A stretch of 64,000 nt of DNA from Botryllus schlosseri (lineage: Eukaryota): NCBI GenBank assembly GCA_051294905.1, contig CM119371.1, forward strand, positions 31,002,001 through 31,066,000. Direction: 5' to 3'. How positions within the stretch are numbered: position 1 is the first letter of the stretch; each line of letters opens with the position of its first letter. The translations under genes and the position numbers were made by a program. This document shows, in pieces, positions 50,151 to 63,326 of the stretch. The notes under the pieces were generated by a model, which was not told the origin of the DNA, ran no database searches, and worked only from the letters and a program-made list of their open reading frames with translations.

Positions 50151-50984
50151 CAGGGATGGAAATACTTGTTCGCACTCTCACCTAAATGGGAAAATTAACC
50201 TCTGGGGAATAGGGTGAGAATACGAGGAGACGATGCTACAAAAACTCAAATCCAACCCCGCCTTAACTAATAACTCCCTTCGGTCGAAAAAAAAAACAGA
50301 ATCTACTCGCGTACCACCTGGATGACCATCGCGTACCACTAGTGGTACGCGTACCACAGGTTGGGAACCACTGGTGTAGAAGGTCGCAAAATTATGGTTA
50401 TGCGGTCGTAAGTCCGCAGTTTGAGCACCCCTGGCCTAGCCGAAATAAGGATAGACATTTGAGCAAGGCTGCAACGTATAGTAAATGATAAACACGAATA
50501 AGGGCTCGAGGTTACTGGACCACCATCTAACGCAGTGGTTCGCAAACTCGACCCCGTGACTGCGTAAGCTTGTATTCTGTGCTATTCATAAGCTGACCGC
50601 AGGAAGCACCAATTCAAAATGTCCGAGATTTAGCGGTGGTTTCCTCGATAATCATCAGACAGATATCGCAAGCAGAATACATGCTAACTCCACCCTGCTC
50701 TACTCGAAAAGGAAGTAATACGTCCATTACCAAAGGTTGAATGATGAGAAACATTTGCTTATGACATCACATTGTACGATATTACACACTCAGTGATTCT
50801 GTTTTGAAGCATAAACTGGCGAATTTTTGTGATAGCTATAGTCATCGTATCATCGGTTCATCATAATGTGGATCTGGTACATCCCTGTACACCCCATCCG
50901 AGTGGTGCACCCTTTGAAAACTCTGGTACACCCTAGGGTGTACGACAACCCCGGTTGAAGAGCACTGGGCTATAGCATCTTATA

Positions 50985-51451
50985 CGTTCGTTTCTCTATT
51001 CTATATTTTGGCTGGTAACTATAATCCGAGGCTGTGCTATTACTTAGGTAGTTTAGCATTTCTACGTATATGTGAGCTTAAAGCGCCTTCTTGCGTTTAT
51101 AGTCAACTCTATATACGTTCATGAATCCATAATCGATGACCAGTCGAGCTGTATTTCTGACAGCTAGCACAATGCAATAACGCGAGCATGCCTCATACTT
51201 CGAAAAGGCAACTTGACTTGACTCGTGACTTGACTTGACTCGTGACTTGACTTTACTTGACTCGACTTGACTCGAGTAACCTCTAAAAATCGAGTGACTT
51301 GACTTGACTCGAGTCACCTTCCAAAATCGAGTGACTTGACTTGACTCGAGACACCTTCGAAAATCGAATGACTTGACTTGACTCGGGTCAACATGTGCAA
51401 TGACTCGAAATAACTCGTGACTCGAAGGTGGTGGCTTGATCCCAACACTGG
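50985..51451. mobile_element. Right part of a DNA transposon with (GACTT)n array
   Basis: Pentamer array at 51210-51390 and end GATCCCAACACTG; homologous direct copy at 58185-58626. Confidence 0.75.
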
Positions 51452-51592
51452 TACATGAATGCTCAACCTTTGTTCAGTTGTTGTTCATTTTTCGATTTAA
51501 AACTTTGTGTGGCCCACCTTCTATCCTCCTAGAGTCATGGTCTTTTTCAATGCGTGGTAATCGCCGGCACTGATATGCCTATTTGTCTAAAC

Positions 51593-52840
51593 CAGTGGTT
51601 CTTAACCTTGCCTCCAGTGCCCCTTGGGGGTGATTTTGAAGGGGGAGGAGACACTCAGGGGGCGATATGGGGGAGGGGGCGCTTGGATCAGGGGCGATGA
51701 AGAAAAATGGCTTCGCAGTAGATAATGATGTAGTGGTAGGACATATCCTTGATGAGTATTTAGAGCAAATTAACATTCCACAAAACATGTCAAATCCCGA
51801 AATTGTTGGTCGCGCTTCGCGACGATTTTTGTTACATATGTTTTCATAAATGTAGGGGGTTATTATATTTCGTGTAAAATTAATTGCGCGTACATTTAGA
51901 TCGCCGATTCTCCGTTGAAACAATGCCTTCACGCTTGCTAGGGTTATATTCTACAAAATGTTTCTAACTATCCTGAAGCGCACAGCGTGTGGAAATCTAA
52001 GAAGGAGGCACTGTATATCACTTTTGAGAGTGCGAGGCAATTGTACATAAAATACGTTTTGAAGATTTGTGAATGAAATGAATAACTAAATATAATTGTA
52101 TTTGAGAGCTACAAAATTAAATCTTCAGAATATTTCTTACTATCTAGTGTTGTGGTCCACAACCTCACAAGAAGGTTACATAATATGAGTTGCTTTATTT
52201 GGAATACATTCACGTTAAAATTAATAACTGGGTAGGCCTACAGTACCAAATTCAATGTGGGCAGATATATGCATCCCATTCTCAGTTGACTTACTTGGTC
52301 ACACAAAGCACTAAAACAAAATCCAATACCATCACTTTCCCCGCATTGCCAATCGCAGATGTGAATTCGGAATGGTTTGAACCATAGGGTATGGGAACGT
52401 ACCAGATTGTTGGTATATCAACCTTGATTTGCCCCTGAAGATACCACATACTATCAATATATGGTTCATTATAGTCGAGGGGTCCTCGAGAAATATTTCC
52501 AATACTAAAGTCCCAAAAAGACCGACTGGAAACGGTCATGACCGAATAAGTTTAATTATTAATTACGTGGCCTCAATTTTCCAAGACAACAGCTCACTCA
52601 GCGCTATTGGTAAATCTGATTACGTGGGCTGAGAGGATTGAAAGTTTATAACGACATATATATGCAATTACCGCCTATTCATTCATGCATTAAAGAAAAT
52701 TTTTGCACCTAGGGCCACCACGCCACACAAAATTTGCTGACCACCAAATCACGTGACGGGTTTTTTAGGGGCAAAGCCCCCAGAAGTTGGATCAATCACC
52801 CTATGGGTGCGCAGTGAGCAAGACAGGTTAAGAACCACAG
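51593..52840. mobile_element. Non-autonomous hAT (Buster-type) element
   Basis: TIRs CAGTGGTTCTTAACC...GGTTAAGAACCACAG; perfect TSD GTCTAAAC (51585-51592 / 52841-52848). Confidence 0.9.
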
Positions 52841-52893
52841 GTCTAAACTATGCGCATTTTTCTCTACCTATATTTAAATGTAAACATCTAGGA

Positions 52894-54848
52894 CAGTGAT
52901 TCTCGACCTTCTTGTCTTCACGGACCCGTTTTGGACCATCATTGACCTCCGCGGACCCCAAAAGGTACAAATTTAGGTCTAATATTTGCAATCGACATTT
53001 GTCTTGTGCTAATGATACCCATAGGCTTGGTGATAAACAGCGAATTTTCTTTGAAATGTGATCATACTATACACGTAAATATTGGGTTGACTTCAATCAC
53101 TTCAAAATGAATCCTACGATTGCATTTTTGATATAAATAGATTTTGCGTCTTCAAGAACCGGAAACAATCTTTACAAATATAGGCGGTGGTGAATGGAAA
53201 ACATGGGGTGATGAATTCGTGAATGTAATCGATTGCGATTATGATTACTTCTGATTCTCGCGATAACGATTACGATTACAACAAAATCTGAAAGTTGTCG
53301 ATTACGATTACATTGGAAAAGTAATCATGAATACTTGCGATTATATTTATTTTACTTACTTATAAATTTATCTTGGAACACATGTTGCAGTGGTTCTGAA
53401 CCGGGGTCCGCGAAACATTCTCGGGGGGGGGGGGGGGGGTTCGCGAAACCTCTAAAGTTGTAAAATGATTGATAACTTAATTTGTATTTTTTATCAGGGA
53501 AGTAACGAGACCGTATCGCCTAATTATTGATAAATCTTAAAATCAGCATATTGCTGTTTGGAGATATTTTGGTAGGAATTGTAGAATTTCTTGAAGAAAA
53601 AGCTGGAAAAGTAAGTTCACAATCACGGTGACTCCCTAATGGTAGCGAAACCCATGCTATCCTGCGATATGCATCACCATCACCACCGTTCCACAATAAC
53701 TTCAATATGAGCTTCTAGTTACAAATCACCAGGCTGGATGTTAGATGCTCATTAAAAAATAGGTTTCTCAATTTTGGTACCGTCTTTGTTGTAATCAAAC
53801 CACTGTGTGTTTGTTTGTATTGGGGTATTCATGGTGCTTGTCGACTGCTATGGTCATTTACACCAGGCCGATATTCCTTTTATTTTCCGTAACTGCCGAC
53901 TTATAGCACGGCCCACTTGTACTAGGCTTTTGTAAGACACCGCTGACGCGGATGAGATGGCGAGGAGGAGCCAAGTTAAACTCCAACACTTAGATATCGG
54001 AATTCGGAAGTCGACCTCGGTCGGACTCGAACCCGCATCCATTGGTGTTGCAGCCGCAGATTACACCGCTGCGCTATCTCGTCACTTACAACCAATGTGT
54101 GTCGTTGGAGGCGTTACTCGTTTTTTTTACATTCGACACCAGCCACCTTCGTGGAAATGGAGGCAATGGAAGCATGTTATGCATATGTGCAGGTCGTAGG
54201 TAGGTGCATCAAGGCGTTGCCAATTCGGTATCGATTCTCAGATAAAAAATTTTCGACATCGTCAATCTCATTAGGTCAGATTCCCGGGATTGGCCGTCCT
54301 CCGTAATGCCCATTCTCTGTAATGACCATTCTCGGTAATGTTTTTCTCGGTATTGTCGGTATCGCCTAACGCTTCCGACGACACGTGACACTTCTGACAA
54401 CAATTTTGAACACGATCGCAACATATATGGCACAAAAATTAAGAAACAGAATATTCAATGATGTTATACCATCCAAGCTAGTCATTTCTACACAGCAGCT
54501 CATCTTCAAGATATTCTGGAATAGTTATGGTTACGTGATGAGGATCAAATCCCATTTTTGTGACTTACTTGGAAAAAGCTGTTTTCAACCAACCGCAACA
54601 AATCATATCTAAACAGCAATATGATTGTATATGTAGGTTATCAGCAATTGGGCAATTGAAATGAGTTTACACAGAAAGATATGTAATCTCATACGCCCAT
54701 TCCGTTGATGTGCTTACTGAAGCATCAACAGTTTAGAAGCAAAACTGCTTCGTGGCTTTCCTAATATATAAAAGTTAGAATTTTGTAAATTTAGAAGTTT
54801 TGCGAACCCAGTGCAAATGCTTCGCGGACCCCCAGTTGAGAACCACTG
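52894..54848. mobile_element. Nested hAT MITE fragments (left ends at 52894 and 53388, right end at 54848)
   Basis: CAGTGATTCTCGACC, CAGTGGTTCTGAACC and GTTGAGAACCACTG ends with cggaccc/cgcgaa motifs; no matching TSD, so the pairing is uncertain. Confidence 0.5.
53850..54083 (-). mobile_element. tRNA-derived SINE, most complete copy
   Basis: Minus strand gacgagaTAGCGCAGCGGtgtaatctgcggctgcaacaccaatggatgcgGGTTCGAGTCCgacc (A and B boxes) plus a ~160-bp body repeated at 6230-6385, 5335-5385 and 32317-32443. Confidence 0.8.
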
Positions 54849-55055
54849 GACTAACTCACGAACTACATTTCTATGGTAACAGAGAAGAGAAAGAGATTAA
54901 TTCATGAAGGTCAGCACAACTAAAGTATCAACAGAGAACGAAAAGAGCAAATACAGGTATATGAAAAATTATCGTTTGTCCCAGAAGTTACCTAACCATG
55001 ATACCAACGAATTTAGTGCGGATTATCCCACTATCCTAAAATCGGGTGTGTGCAT

Positions 55056-56589
55056 CAGAGTTGGATCAATTGTAATTTGTAATTGAGCTGAATGTAATAA
55101 ATTACATTTTTCAATGTAATTGAAATGTAATTGTTATTGAAGCATTTTTATTTTGTGTAATTGTAATTGTAATTTGACAAAAAAATTTCTTAATTACAAT
55201 TTCAATTACAATAGATTGCTATTGAGACCTGACAAGCGCAACATAAAATAATTGACTTATAATGCATTCTCTTGAAATGTCGACAAAGAATTTAATGGAT
55301 CCTTTCGCGGAAGCCCTTGACTGCGCCCTTGCGGGAGAAGTTTTTTTTTAAATTTAGACGGTTATGCTGGCCTCGGCTGCCATTGTATACAATTTTTAGA
55401 TTACTAACCAACGGATGGATTCGCAACACGTGACTCACGATTGAATACGCCGAAAAGCGAACTGCTGAGCCGGCTAAAAGCAGCAGAATTGATAGTCCCA
55501 TAGCTGGCGATCCAAGCGTCGAAATTTGATATGTATTGTCCTAATCGAAAGCTAGTGTCGCACTGATTTCGCAATAAAAGTATATTTCCAGGCAATGGTA
55601 CCATCCGAGAATAGTCGTGAAAGTCTGAGAATCGGTATTGTTCTGAACAATCGCTTGGCATAATTGGTCATTGTTGTGGTCATGCTGCTGCGGCGCTCTC
55701 ACTTTTCAGAACAGTCGGCCTTAAACGGCTATTTTGGAGCAGTTACATTGCCCTGACGAGATTTTAATTTGTATTTTCGGAATAATTGCATCAATAGCTT
55801 ACGATAAAGACCAGATGCATCAAATTTGCACGCTTGGATCGCCACCTCTAGGACTACAAAGTTTGCTGCTTTTAGCCGGCTCTGCAGTACGTTTGTCGGT
55901 GCATTCATCCGTGACTCACATCTTGCGCATCTATCCGTGGGTTGGCAATCTACCATACGATTTCAGATCATGATGCTGCATCGTTACTTCGTCTGGCTAA
56001 CTAACCAGACCACTGGATATTATATAACGTCTTATCTGACAAAGCACAGTTTTGTTTTCACTCCTTATCCTAATTCCTACGTCCCTCGATAGAAATAATA
56101 TTATTTCTTTAATTATATACTATATACGCAAATCCAACACGCGCATATAATATAATAATTTTTTCAACGTCATACTGCACCCTATCCCTAATCCTAACCC
56201 ATAGGAAATTAGGCAAATAACATTTTGCATTTCTAATTACGCGAGTCATAATTACCGAGCATACAAAACACGCTTATATTACCGGACAGTGACATCTTAA
56301 TAACCATACTATGTACGCACATGAACGCATTTATTACTACACAATCTGAACTAGACTTGAATTGTTGTTAAATACGACGCTACGGTTGTCAAGGAGCACG
56401 GTTGAATCTGTGATTATTCAATTACATGTGTAATGTAATTGAAGCATGCAAAGAGTAATTGTAATTGCAATTGTAATTTGATATTTTTAGATTGGCGTGA
56501 TTTTAATAGTAATGTAATTAAAACATGCATGAAAGTAATTGTAATTGCAACTGTACTTGAACTGAAATAATGTAATTGATCCAACTCTG
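55056..56589. mobile_element. Non-autonomous hAT-like element with (TGTAAT)n subterminal arrays
   Basis: TIRs CAGAGTTGGATCAATT...AATTGATCCAACTCTG; perfect TSD GTGTGCAT (55048-55055 / 56590-56597); nested inverted pair 55400-55532 / 55818-55950. Confidence 0.9.
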
Positions 56590-57753
56590 GTGTGCATTAT
56601 GCATGAGTACAACAATTCTTGGAAAATATCCACCTCAAAATAAAACTTGAAATCACATCTTTTTTTATTTTTGTGTCAATCGCGTATCATATTCAACCAT
56701 CCTGCTCAATAATTCGTAATATCAGTATTTTGCGTTGCCAATTAACGAGAAGTGTTTTGATAATTAGCTAGAATCGTCTACGCTGCGTACTAGCATGCGG
56801 TCTCCTGCTGAGTTGGTTTGCCATTTGTACGCTAACGAAGTTAGGTCAACTATTTCTGCACGCACGCGCGATATTCACTGTTCCGGTTAATCGCGTCAAC
56901 AATATGCCGAAACCACTGCGTCTAAAGCAGGCCAGGGGCGCTAAATCAAATAGCTGGCACAAATAGTCACCTCTGCAACAGGCTTGGTTACGCTGGACGC
57001 ATGATGTACTGCTCCTTCAGGTTACGTGCTATAAATGAGTACAGAATTTTCCCAGAATCTACAGTTTCAGGAAGCGTGTTTTATATAGAAAATTGCAGTA
57101 TAGCCAATGAAATCGACGAAATATGACCTAGAGCCGTGTTCTTTAACCTTTTTCGTTGTTGTACATCTTTTTAACGTTTACCCGAAACTCGTACACCCCT
57201 GACCAATGCTCCCTCTAATTTTGATGAGTCTGCGCAATCAGGCCAATCACTGCGCAGGCCCATAGACAACAGTGCGGAGCCAGGCTCCCATATGGTAATA
57301 AGCCAAATTTCTGGGGGGGCTTCGCCCCCCAGACTCTACCCCGGGCCTTACGCTTTTTGCCGATACTTATCATATATATTGGCTGTCCGTTTAGTGGGTA
57401 TATATCCAGGGCGCAAGAAGCGAGAAAAATTTGTATAGTTTATCATTGAATCGGTCAATATGATCGAGAATTGTATATATATTGCTATCAATTTCTATCC
57501 TCTCTCTGCTCACGTAATCAGATTTACCCGGAGAGCTGATCGAGTAAGGTGTGTTGGAAAAGGTAGAACCCATGAACAATGTTCCCTCTAAATTTTCGCG
57601 AGTCCACGCAAACACGCCTACTCATTGCGCAGGCCCTTGGACAGCAGTGCGCAACCAGGCCCCACACAGGTTGATGAAACCCCTCTGTGTCTGTGCTTTT
57701 TGCCAGTACTTATCGTCTATACATTAGGTACCCGATTAGTGGTTGTGTCGCGA

Positions 57754-57926
57754 CAATGTTCCCTCTAAGCTGCGCACGTGCGCTGTGCTGAGACGGTCTC
57801 TGCGCACAGAAAATCTAATCTGCGCACAAAAAATCCGAAGTGATATTGTTTTTATTAGTCGTTGCACACTGTTGTCTAAGGGACCACGCAGGCGCGCAGA
57901 CTCGTGAAAATTTAGAGGGAACATTG
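57754..57926. mobile_element. Short CAATGTTCCCTCTAA-family unit
   Basis: CAATGTTCCCTCTAA...TTAGAGGGAACATTG; inverted homologue at 62824-63002. Confidence 0.8.
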
Positions 57927-58184
57927 CCAGTGAAAATAGTGTTATCACTGAAGTCTGAAACCGAGGCACAAGTGCGGCCCGCAAAGGTAAATATTGCGCT
58001 CCGCGACGAAATGAGAATTTGCAATCACGTGCTCCTCACGAAAGAGAATTTTTTTGTAGTATTGTCTCGTACGCGTAAGCGATACTGATATCATTTCAAT
58101 AGCGCATTACTTTCTGTGAATGGCGAAATAACATGCTTTAACGCAGGCTCGAATTGTATCATGAGTAATGTATTGCATCTTATC

Positions 58185-58626
58185 AATTCGTTTCTCAATT
58201 TTGGCAGGTAACTATAAAGCGAAGCTATGCAATTACTCATGTATAGTCAAACAGTTCTACGTATATGTGAGCGGTACAGCGCCTTCTTGCGTGTATATTC
58301 AACTCTATATTCGTTCATCGGTTCAGAATCAATGACCACTCAATCTGTATTTAACACAGCTGGCAAAATGCAATGACGTAATCATGCCTCATACTTCGAA
58401 AAATCAATTTGACTTGAATTGTGACTTGACTCGTGACTTGACTTGACTTGACTTGACTCGACTTGACTTGACTTGACTCGACTTGACTCGAGTAAACTCC
58501 GAAAATCGAGTGACTTGACTTGACTCGAGTGACCTTCGAAAATCGATTGACTTGATTTGACTCGAGTCAAAATGTGCAATGACTCGAAATGACTCGCGAC
58601 TCGAAGGTAGTGACTTGATCCCAACA
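58185..58626. mobile_element. Second copy of the (GACTT)n transposon end
   Basis: Homologous to 50985-51451; pentamer array at 58410-58570. Confidence 0.75.
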
Positions 58627-59164
58627 AGATTTACCAGTAGAGCTGATCGAGTGAGGTCTATTGGAAAAGCCAGGCCCTCCAAAGAATATTAAAACATCCG
58701 CGGGAGTACCCGTTGATATACCGACTTCGTTACATGATGCTATTTCGTGACCTCATATCTGTTATGTCAAAAGATATGGAAATCACCCAAACGTACTCAA
58801 CTAAATGACGTACACGATTTGGAATTGGTATTTTTTTATTGGCAAATAATGTTCCCTCGATATGCCATTTGTCTTGTTGTGCGCGACTCGGATCGCAAGG
58901 ACAGGAACATTCAGCGCCAGCCATTTAGGCGCCTATATACAATTAAACATGTGTGTATAATTGTATATATGTCGAGGTTTTCGGTCAGCACAAGGGCAGT
59001 CCTTTTCGGCCAAGGTTTTTTCGCTGCTGATCGTTCTGGCGCACTTCTCGCAGCCACATGTTACATAGCCTATAATTTCATATGTCTTGGTGCGTTGTGG
59101 CGCGGTAGTGGCCGACTCCCAAGTAACAATCATGCTTATTTTTTCTTGTAGAAAGGGTATCCTC

Positions 59165-59953
59165 TAGGGTTGGTGTGAACCTCTGAAAGGTTCAGGTTCG
59201 TGTGAACGCGGACCCTTTTTGAAAGGTTCTGTGTGAACACGAACGTGAACCTGATAATGTCACGTGACGTCATATTGCTAATTCCAACTTTACATTTTGT
59301 GAAGTGATAGGCTTGCCATACCGAGGGCCAACTCGGACCAAAATGCTGAAGTGCATATTGACGTTTTAAACGTCTACAGATATATCAACTGGGGCAGTCA
59401 ATTGATATAATCATCCCAGAAAATGAATATCTTCCGTCGCTTTGTCAACAATTTCGATGAGGACTGAGTAACGCTATACGTTGATATTGAGCAGAGTGTA
59501 AAACGGGTTTCTACAATTGCTACCGATATTATAACATTGACAAGTAATACAGCAGTAGCCAATACCCCAACCGCAAGGATTTGGTTTTTCTGATACAATA
59601 GAATTATGAAGTCACGATTGATCCCGAACGCCTGCTAGATTTTTACAACAGACAACGATATCAATTTCATTGATTGGTTGAATAAGCAACATTCGCCGAC
59701 TAACTAGGTACCTACGAGTAATGTATTTCGCTCTTGATGTTGTGTAATTGCGGTTCAAGCGCACAGCCGAGAGTCACTAAATATTCACAAACGGAAAGAT
59801 GGATATTTCGAGCAAACTATTGTAACAAAGCAAGTAAAATTTGTGAGATGGTTAAGGTTCGTGGTCGGTTGGTGTTGATTTTTTTATGTTGCCAGCGCCA
59901 TGCATAGTGTGGCGAAGAACGCGAACGTGAACCTCACGTTCACACCATCCCTG
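59165..59953. mobile_element. hAT-like MITE with GTGAAC subterminal motifs
   Basis: Ends TAGGGTTGGTGTGAAC...GTTCACACCATCCCTG; flanks GTATCCTC / GTATCCAA; the paralogous host copy at ~62341-62360 (aagggtacccaataatcaga) lacks the insert. Confidence 0.85.
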
Positions 59954-61496
59954 GTATCCAATAATCAAGATAATTGTCACCACTGAATCACGCCCGGCGC
60001 GATTTTTTTTTGAAAAATTCCAAAAAACTACATCATGATTTATGTTAATTCACGAAATAGTTTTTGGTTCCCTTTGAGCACGGCCCCTCAAATTGAGAGG
60101 GTTGGGAGTGGGGCAGTTAAAATACTGAGTAAATCTTACTCAATGTTCATGCCACGCGGAGAAGACTATTCGTTAGATTCTCGCAGATTAACTTGGAGCT
60201 AGCCCATTGTTATTTATAACTTTATTAAAGCATGTTATTTCGCCATTCCCAGAAAATAATGCGCTATTGAAATGATATCAGTATCGCTCACGCGTACGAT
60301 ACAATACTACAAAAAAAATCTCTTTCGTGAGGAGCACGTGATTCCAAATTCTCATTTCTTCGCGGAGCGCAATATGTACCTTTGTGGGCCGCACTTATGC
60401 CTCGGTTTCAGACTTCAGTGATAACACTATTTTCACTGACATACAATGTTCCCTCTAATTTTTCACGAGTCTGCGCGCCTGCGTGAGACACACACGATTC
60501 TGGCTTAGTATATCATTATGGGATTCATCATTTACCTCAGCGGTTCTCAACTGTACGGTGGAGCTGAGATTACAACTATTACTTTAGAAGGGAAAATTCA
60601 GAATCATCCTGAATCCTGAAGTTGAAAGATTAGGGAACCAATTCGTCGATTCAAATTGCATATTGACGGAACCCAACACACGCTGATTTATTTAGGTGTA
60701 ATGTGACCGTTCGTCTGCAGGGGGACAGCCTCTGGCCTGTTGAAATAAGGATGTGCGAGGCTGTAACGTATTGGAAGTGCTAAATACTATGATGAGGGCT
60801 CGAGGTTACCAGAGCACCCTCTAATTTAGTAATTATTCAACTCGACCCCGTGACCCGGTTGCTATGCCCTTGCAATTATGTACACGGCGCTATCAATGAG
60901 CATCCTACAGGAAGTACCAATTCAAAATGTTTGAGCTCAGTCAATAAGTCTATAACCAACATTTAAATAATGAGGAGCAGCATTTGCTTATGACACCACA
61001 AAATAATGTAGTCTACAAGTTGCGCACAGCTGGAATATTGTACAATATCCCACATCCAGTCAATGTGTTCTGAAGCATAAACTTGCCTCATACTATGATA
61101 GCTAAGCTATAGTCACTGGTAAATTTTATTGCGGATCTGGTACACTTTAGTAGATCCCATTTGAGTGGAACACTCTTTCAACATATTAGTACACCCTGGG
61201 TGTACGATACACTCGGTTGAAGAATGTAATATACACATCATCGGTCGATGCTATGCAACATATGCAAGGTTTGCACATCGTCTGCGATATGTTTTGTCAA
61301 ACAGAAGGTTTATGGCCTCGAAGGCAAGCGAAATAGCTGGAAACAACATATAACGATACATATAAATTTTGGAAGATATTATGGACTGCTGCGTTCCAAA
61401 ATCCAATAATAGTCGCTTAGATCGGACACTGCTGATGTCGATTGCTATTCACGGCCGCATTTCGATTACTCATGTTGGCCACCGACGCATCGCAGG

Positions 61497-63002
61497 CAAT
61501 GTTCCCTCTAATTTTTCAAGAGTCTGCGCAAACACACCAACTCACTGCGCAGGCCCTCGCACAACAGTGCGCAACCACCCTCCAATGGGGTGATCAAATT
61601 AACTACTGGGGGGCTTCGCCCCCAGACCCCCCCTACGGCTAGGCTTCTTCGGGTACTTATCATGCACATTGGTTGCCTATTTAGTAGTAGCGTCCCTAAA
61701 CGCGCGAAGCGCAAAAAATTTTCTATAATTTATGATTGCATCGGCCAATATGACCGGAAATTGCATATATATTGCTATCAATTTTTATCCTCTACCTGCT
61801 CACATAATCAGATTTATCGGTAGAGCTGATCCAGTGAGGTGTGTTGGAATAGATGGGCCCTCTAAATAATAATAAAATATCTTCGGGCGCACCCGTTGAT
61901 ATAATGACTTCGTTACATGACGCTATTTCGTGACCGCCTATCCGCTATGTCAAAAGATATTGAAATCGCCAAATCGTACTAAAGTAAAAGACGTACACGA
62001 TTTCAAATTGGTATTTCAGAACTGGAAAATTATGTTCTCTCGATATGGCATTTGTCTTGTTGTGGGACTTGGATCGCCAGGACCGGAACATTCGGCGCCA
62101 GCCATTTAGGCGCCCATGCACATGGACAATTACACATATATTTGTATATATCGAAGTTTTCGGTCAGCACCGTGGCAGTCCTTTTCGCCCAAGGTTTTCT
62201 CGCTGCTGATCGTTCTGACGCACTTCCTGGATTCGCATGTTACATAGCCTTTAACTTCATATGTCTTGGCGCGTCATGGTGCGGTAATGGCCGACGCCCA
62301 ACTGCCCATTTCTATAGATCATGCCTAATTTTTGTTGGGAAAGGGTACCCAATAATCAGATATCTGACAATAATAAAACGCGCGTATAGCGCGAAAAAAA
62401 ATCCTGAAAAATTTCAAAAAATACACCATGATTTATGGTAATTCTCGAAATTCCCCTTTGAGCTCGGCCCCTCCAATTGGAGGGTTTGGGGTGCGAAAGC
62501 TACGGTCCTGAGTAAATATTACGTAATGTTCATGCCACGCGAAGAAGACTATCATTCGTTAGTTTCTCGCAGATTAACTTCGAGCTAGCCCATTGGTATT
62601 TAAAACTTAGTTAAACCATGTTATTTTGCCATTCCCAGAAAATAATGCGCTATTGAAATGATATCAGTATCGCTCACGTGTACGAGGCCATACTAAAATA
62701 ATATCTTCCGTGAGGCGCAGGTGATCGTGAACTCTAATTTCTTCACGGAGCGCAATAGTTACCTTTGCGGGGCGCACTTGTACCTCGGTTTCAGACTTCA
62801 GTGATAACACTATTTGGCCCTGGCAATGTTCCATCTTAATTTTCACGAATCTGCGCGCCTGCGTGGTCCATTGGACAACAGTGCACTGCAACTATAAAAA
62901 AAACATCATTCTGATTTTTTGCGCGCAACGTAGATTTTCTGTGCGCAGAGACCGTTTCAGCACTGCGCATTTGCGCACGTGCGCAGCTTAGAGGGAACAT
63001 TG
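61497..63002. mobile_element. Full-length ~1.5-kb non-autonomous element of the CAATGTTCCCTCTAA family
   Basis: TIRs CAATGTTCCCTCTAA...TTAGAGGGAACATTG; flanks ATCGCAGG / ATTACAGG (6 of 8 match); interior homologous to 57204-57560, 58630-59160 and 59955-60485. Confidence 0.8.
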
Positions 63003-63326
63003 ATTACAGGGGATAGTTGTAATGAACTGCCTGGACGACAAATACCCAATCTAATATGTCCATGTACATTTCCGATCAGCTCCGGATTAATGTATTTATT
63101 AATCTTGGCTTACTATACGCACCGAAGTCGCGAGCTGTGACGTTATGAATAGTCCACTGGAATAGATATAGTCGATAGAGTTTTCAGTTTCACGAACGAA
63201 TCTCGCTACTAATATTTGTAGGTTCACATATTCGTATCAAACACTTATTCTATGTGATCAGATTCACCATCGAGTTGTTGGAAGAGCTGCATTCTAGAAT
63301 AGTTAGTTATAAAGGACGGGTTAGTC

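Larger units (their letters stand above)
48979..50967. mobile_element. Non-autonomous hAT (Buster-type) element with nested SINE and MITE ends
   Basis: TIRs CAGTGCTTTTCAACC...GGTTGAAGAGCACTG, gtacaccc subterminal motifs, perfect TSD GGCTATAG (48971-48978 / 50968-50975). The right half resembles 60740-61225. Confidence 0.9.

Noticed and set aside
54005..54083. tRNA-Cys-like gene (ctGCAac loop); likewise the tRNA-like head at 49409-49480
   Set aside because: Stems pair poorly and the head is attached to a long non-tRNA body, repeated elsewhere for the 54005 family, so these are SINE heads rather than tRNA genes.
58382..58682. SSQVK/SRVK-repeat ORFs (also 51078-51317)
   Set aside because: Translation of (GACTT)n pentamer arrays.
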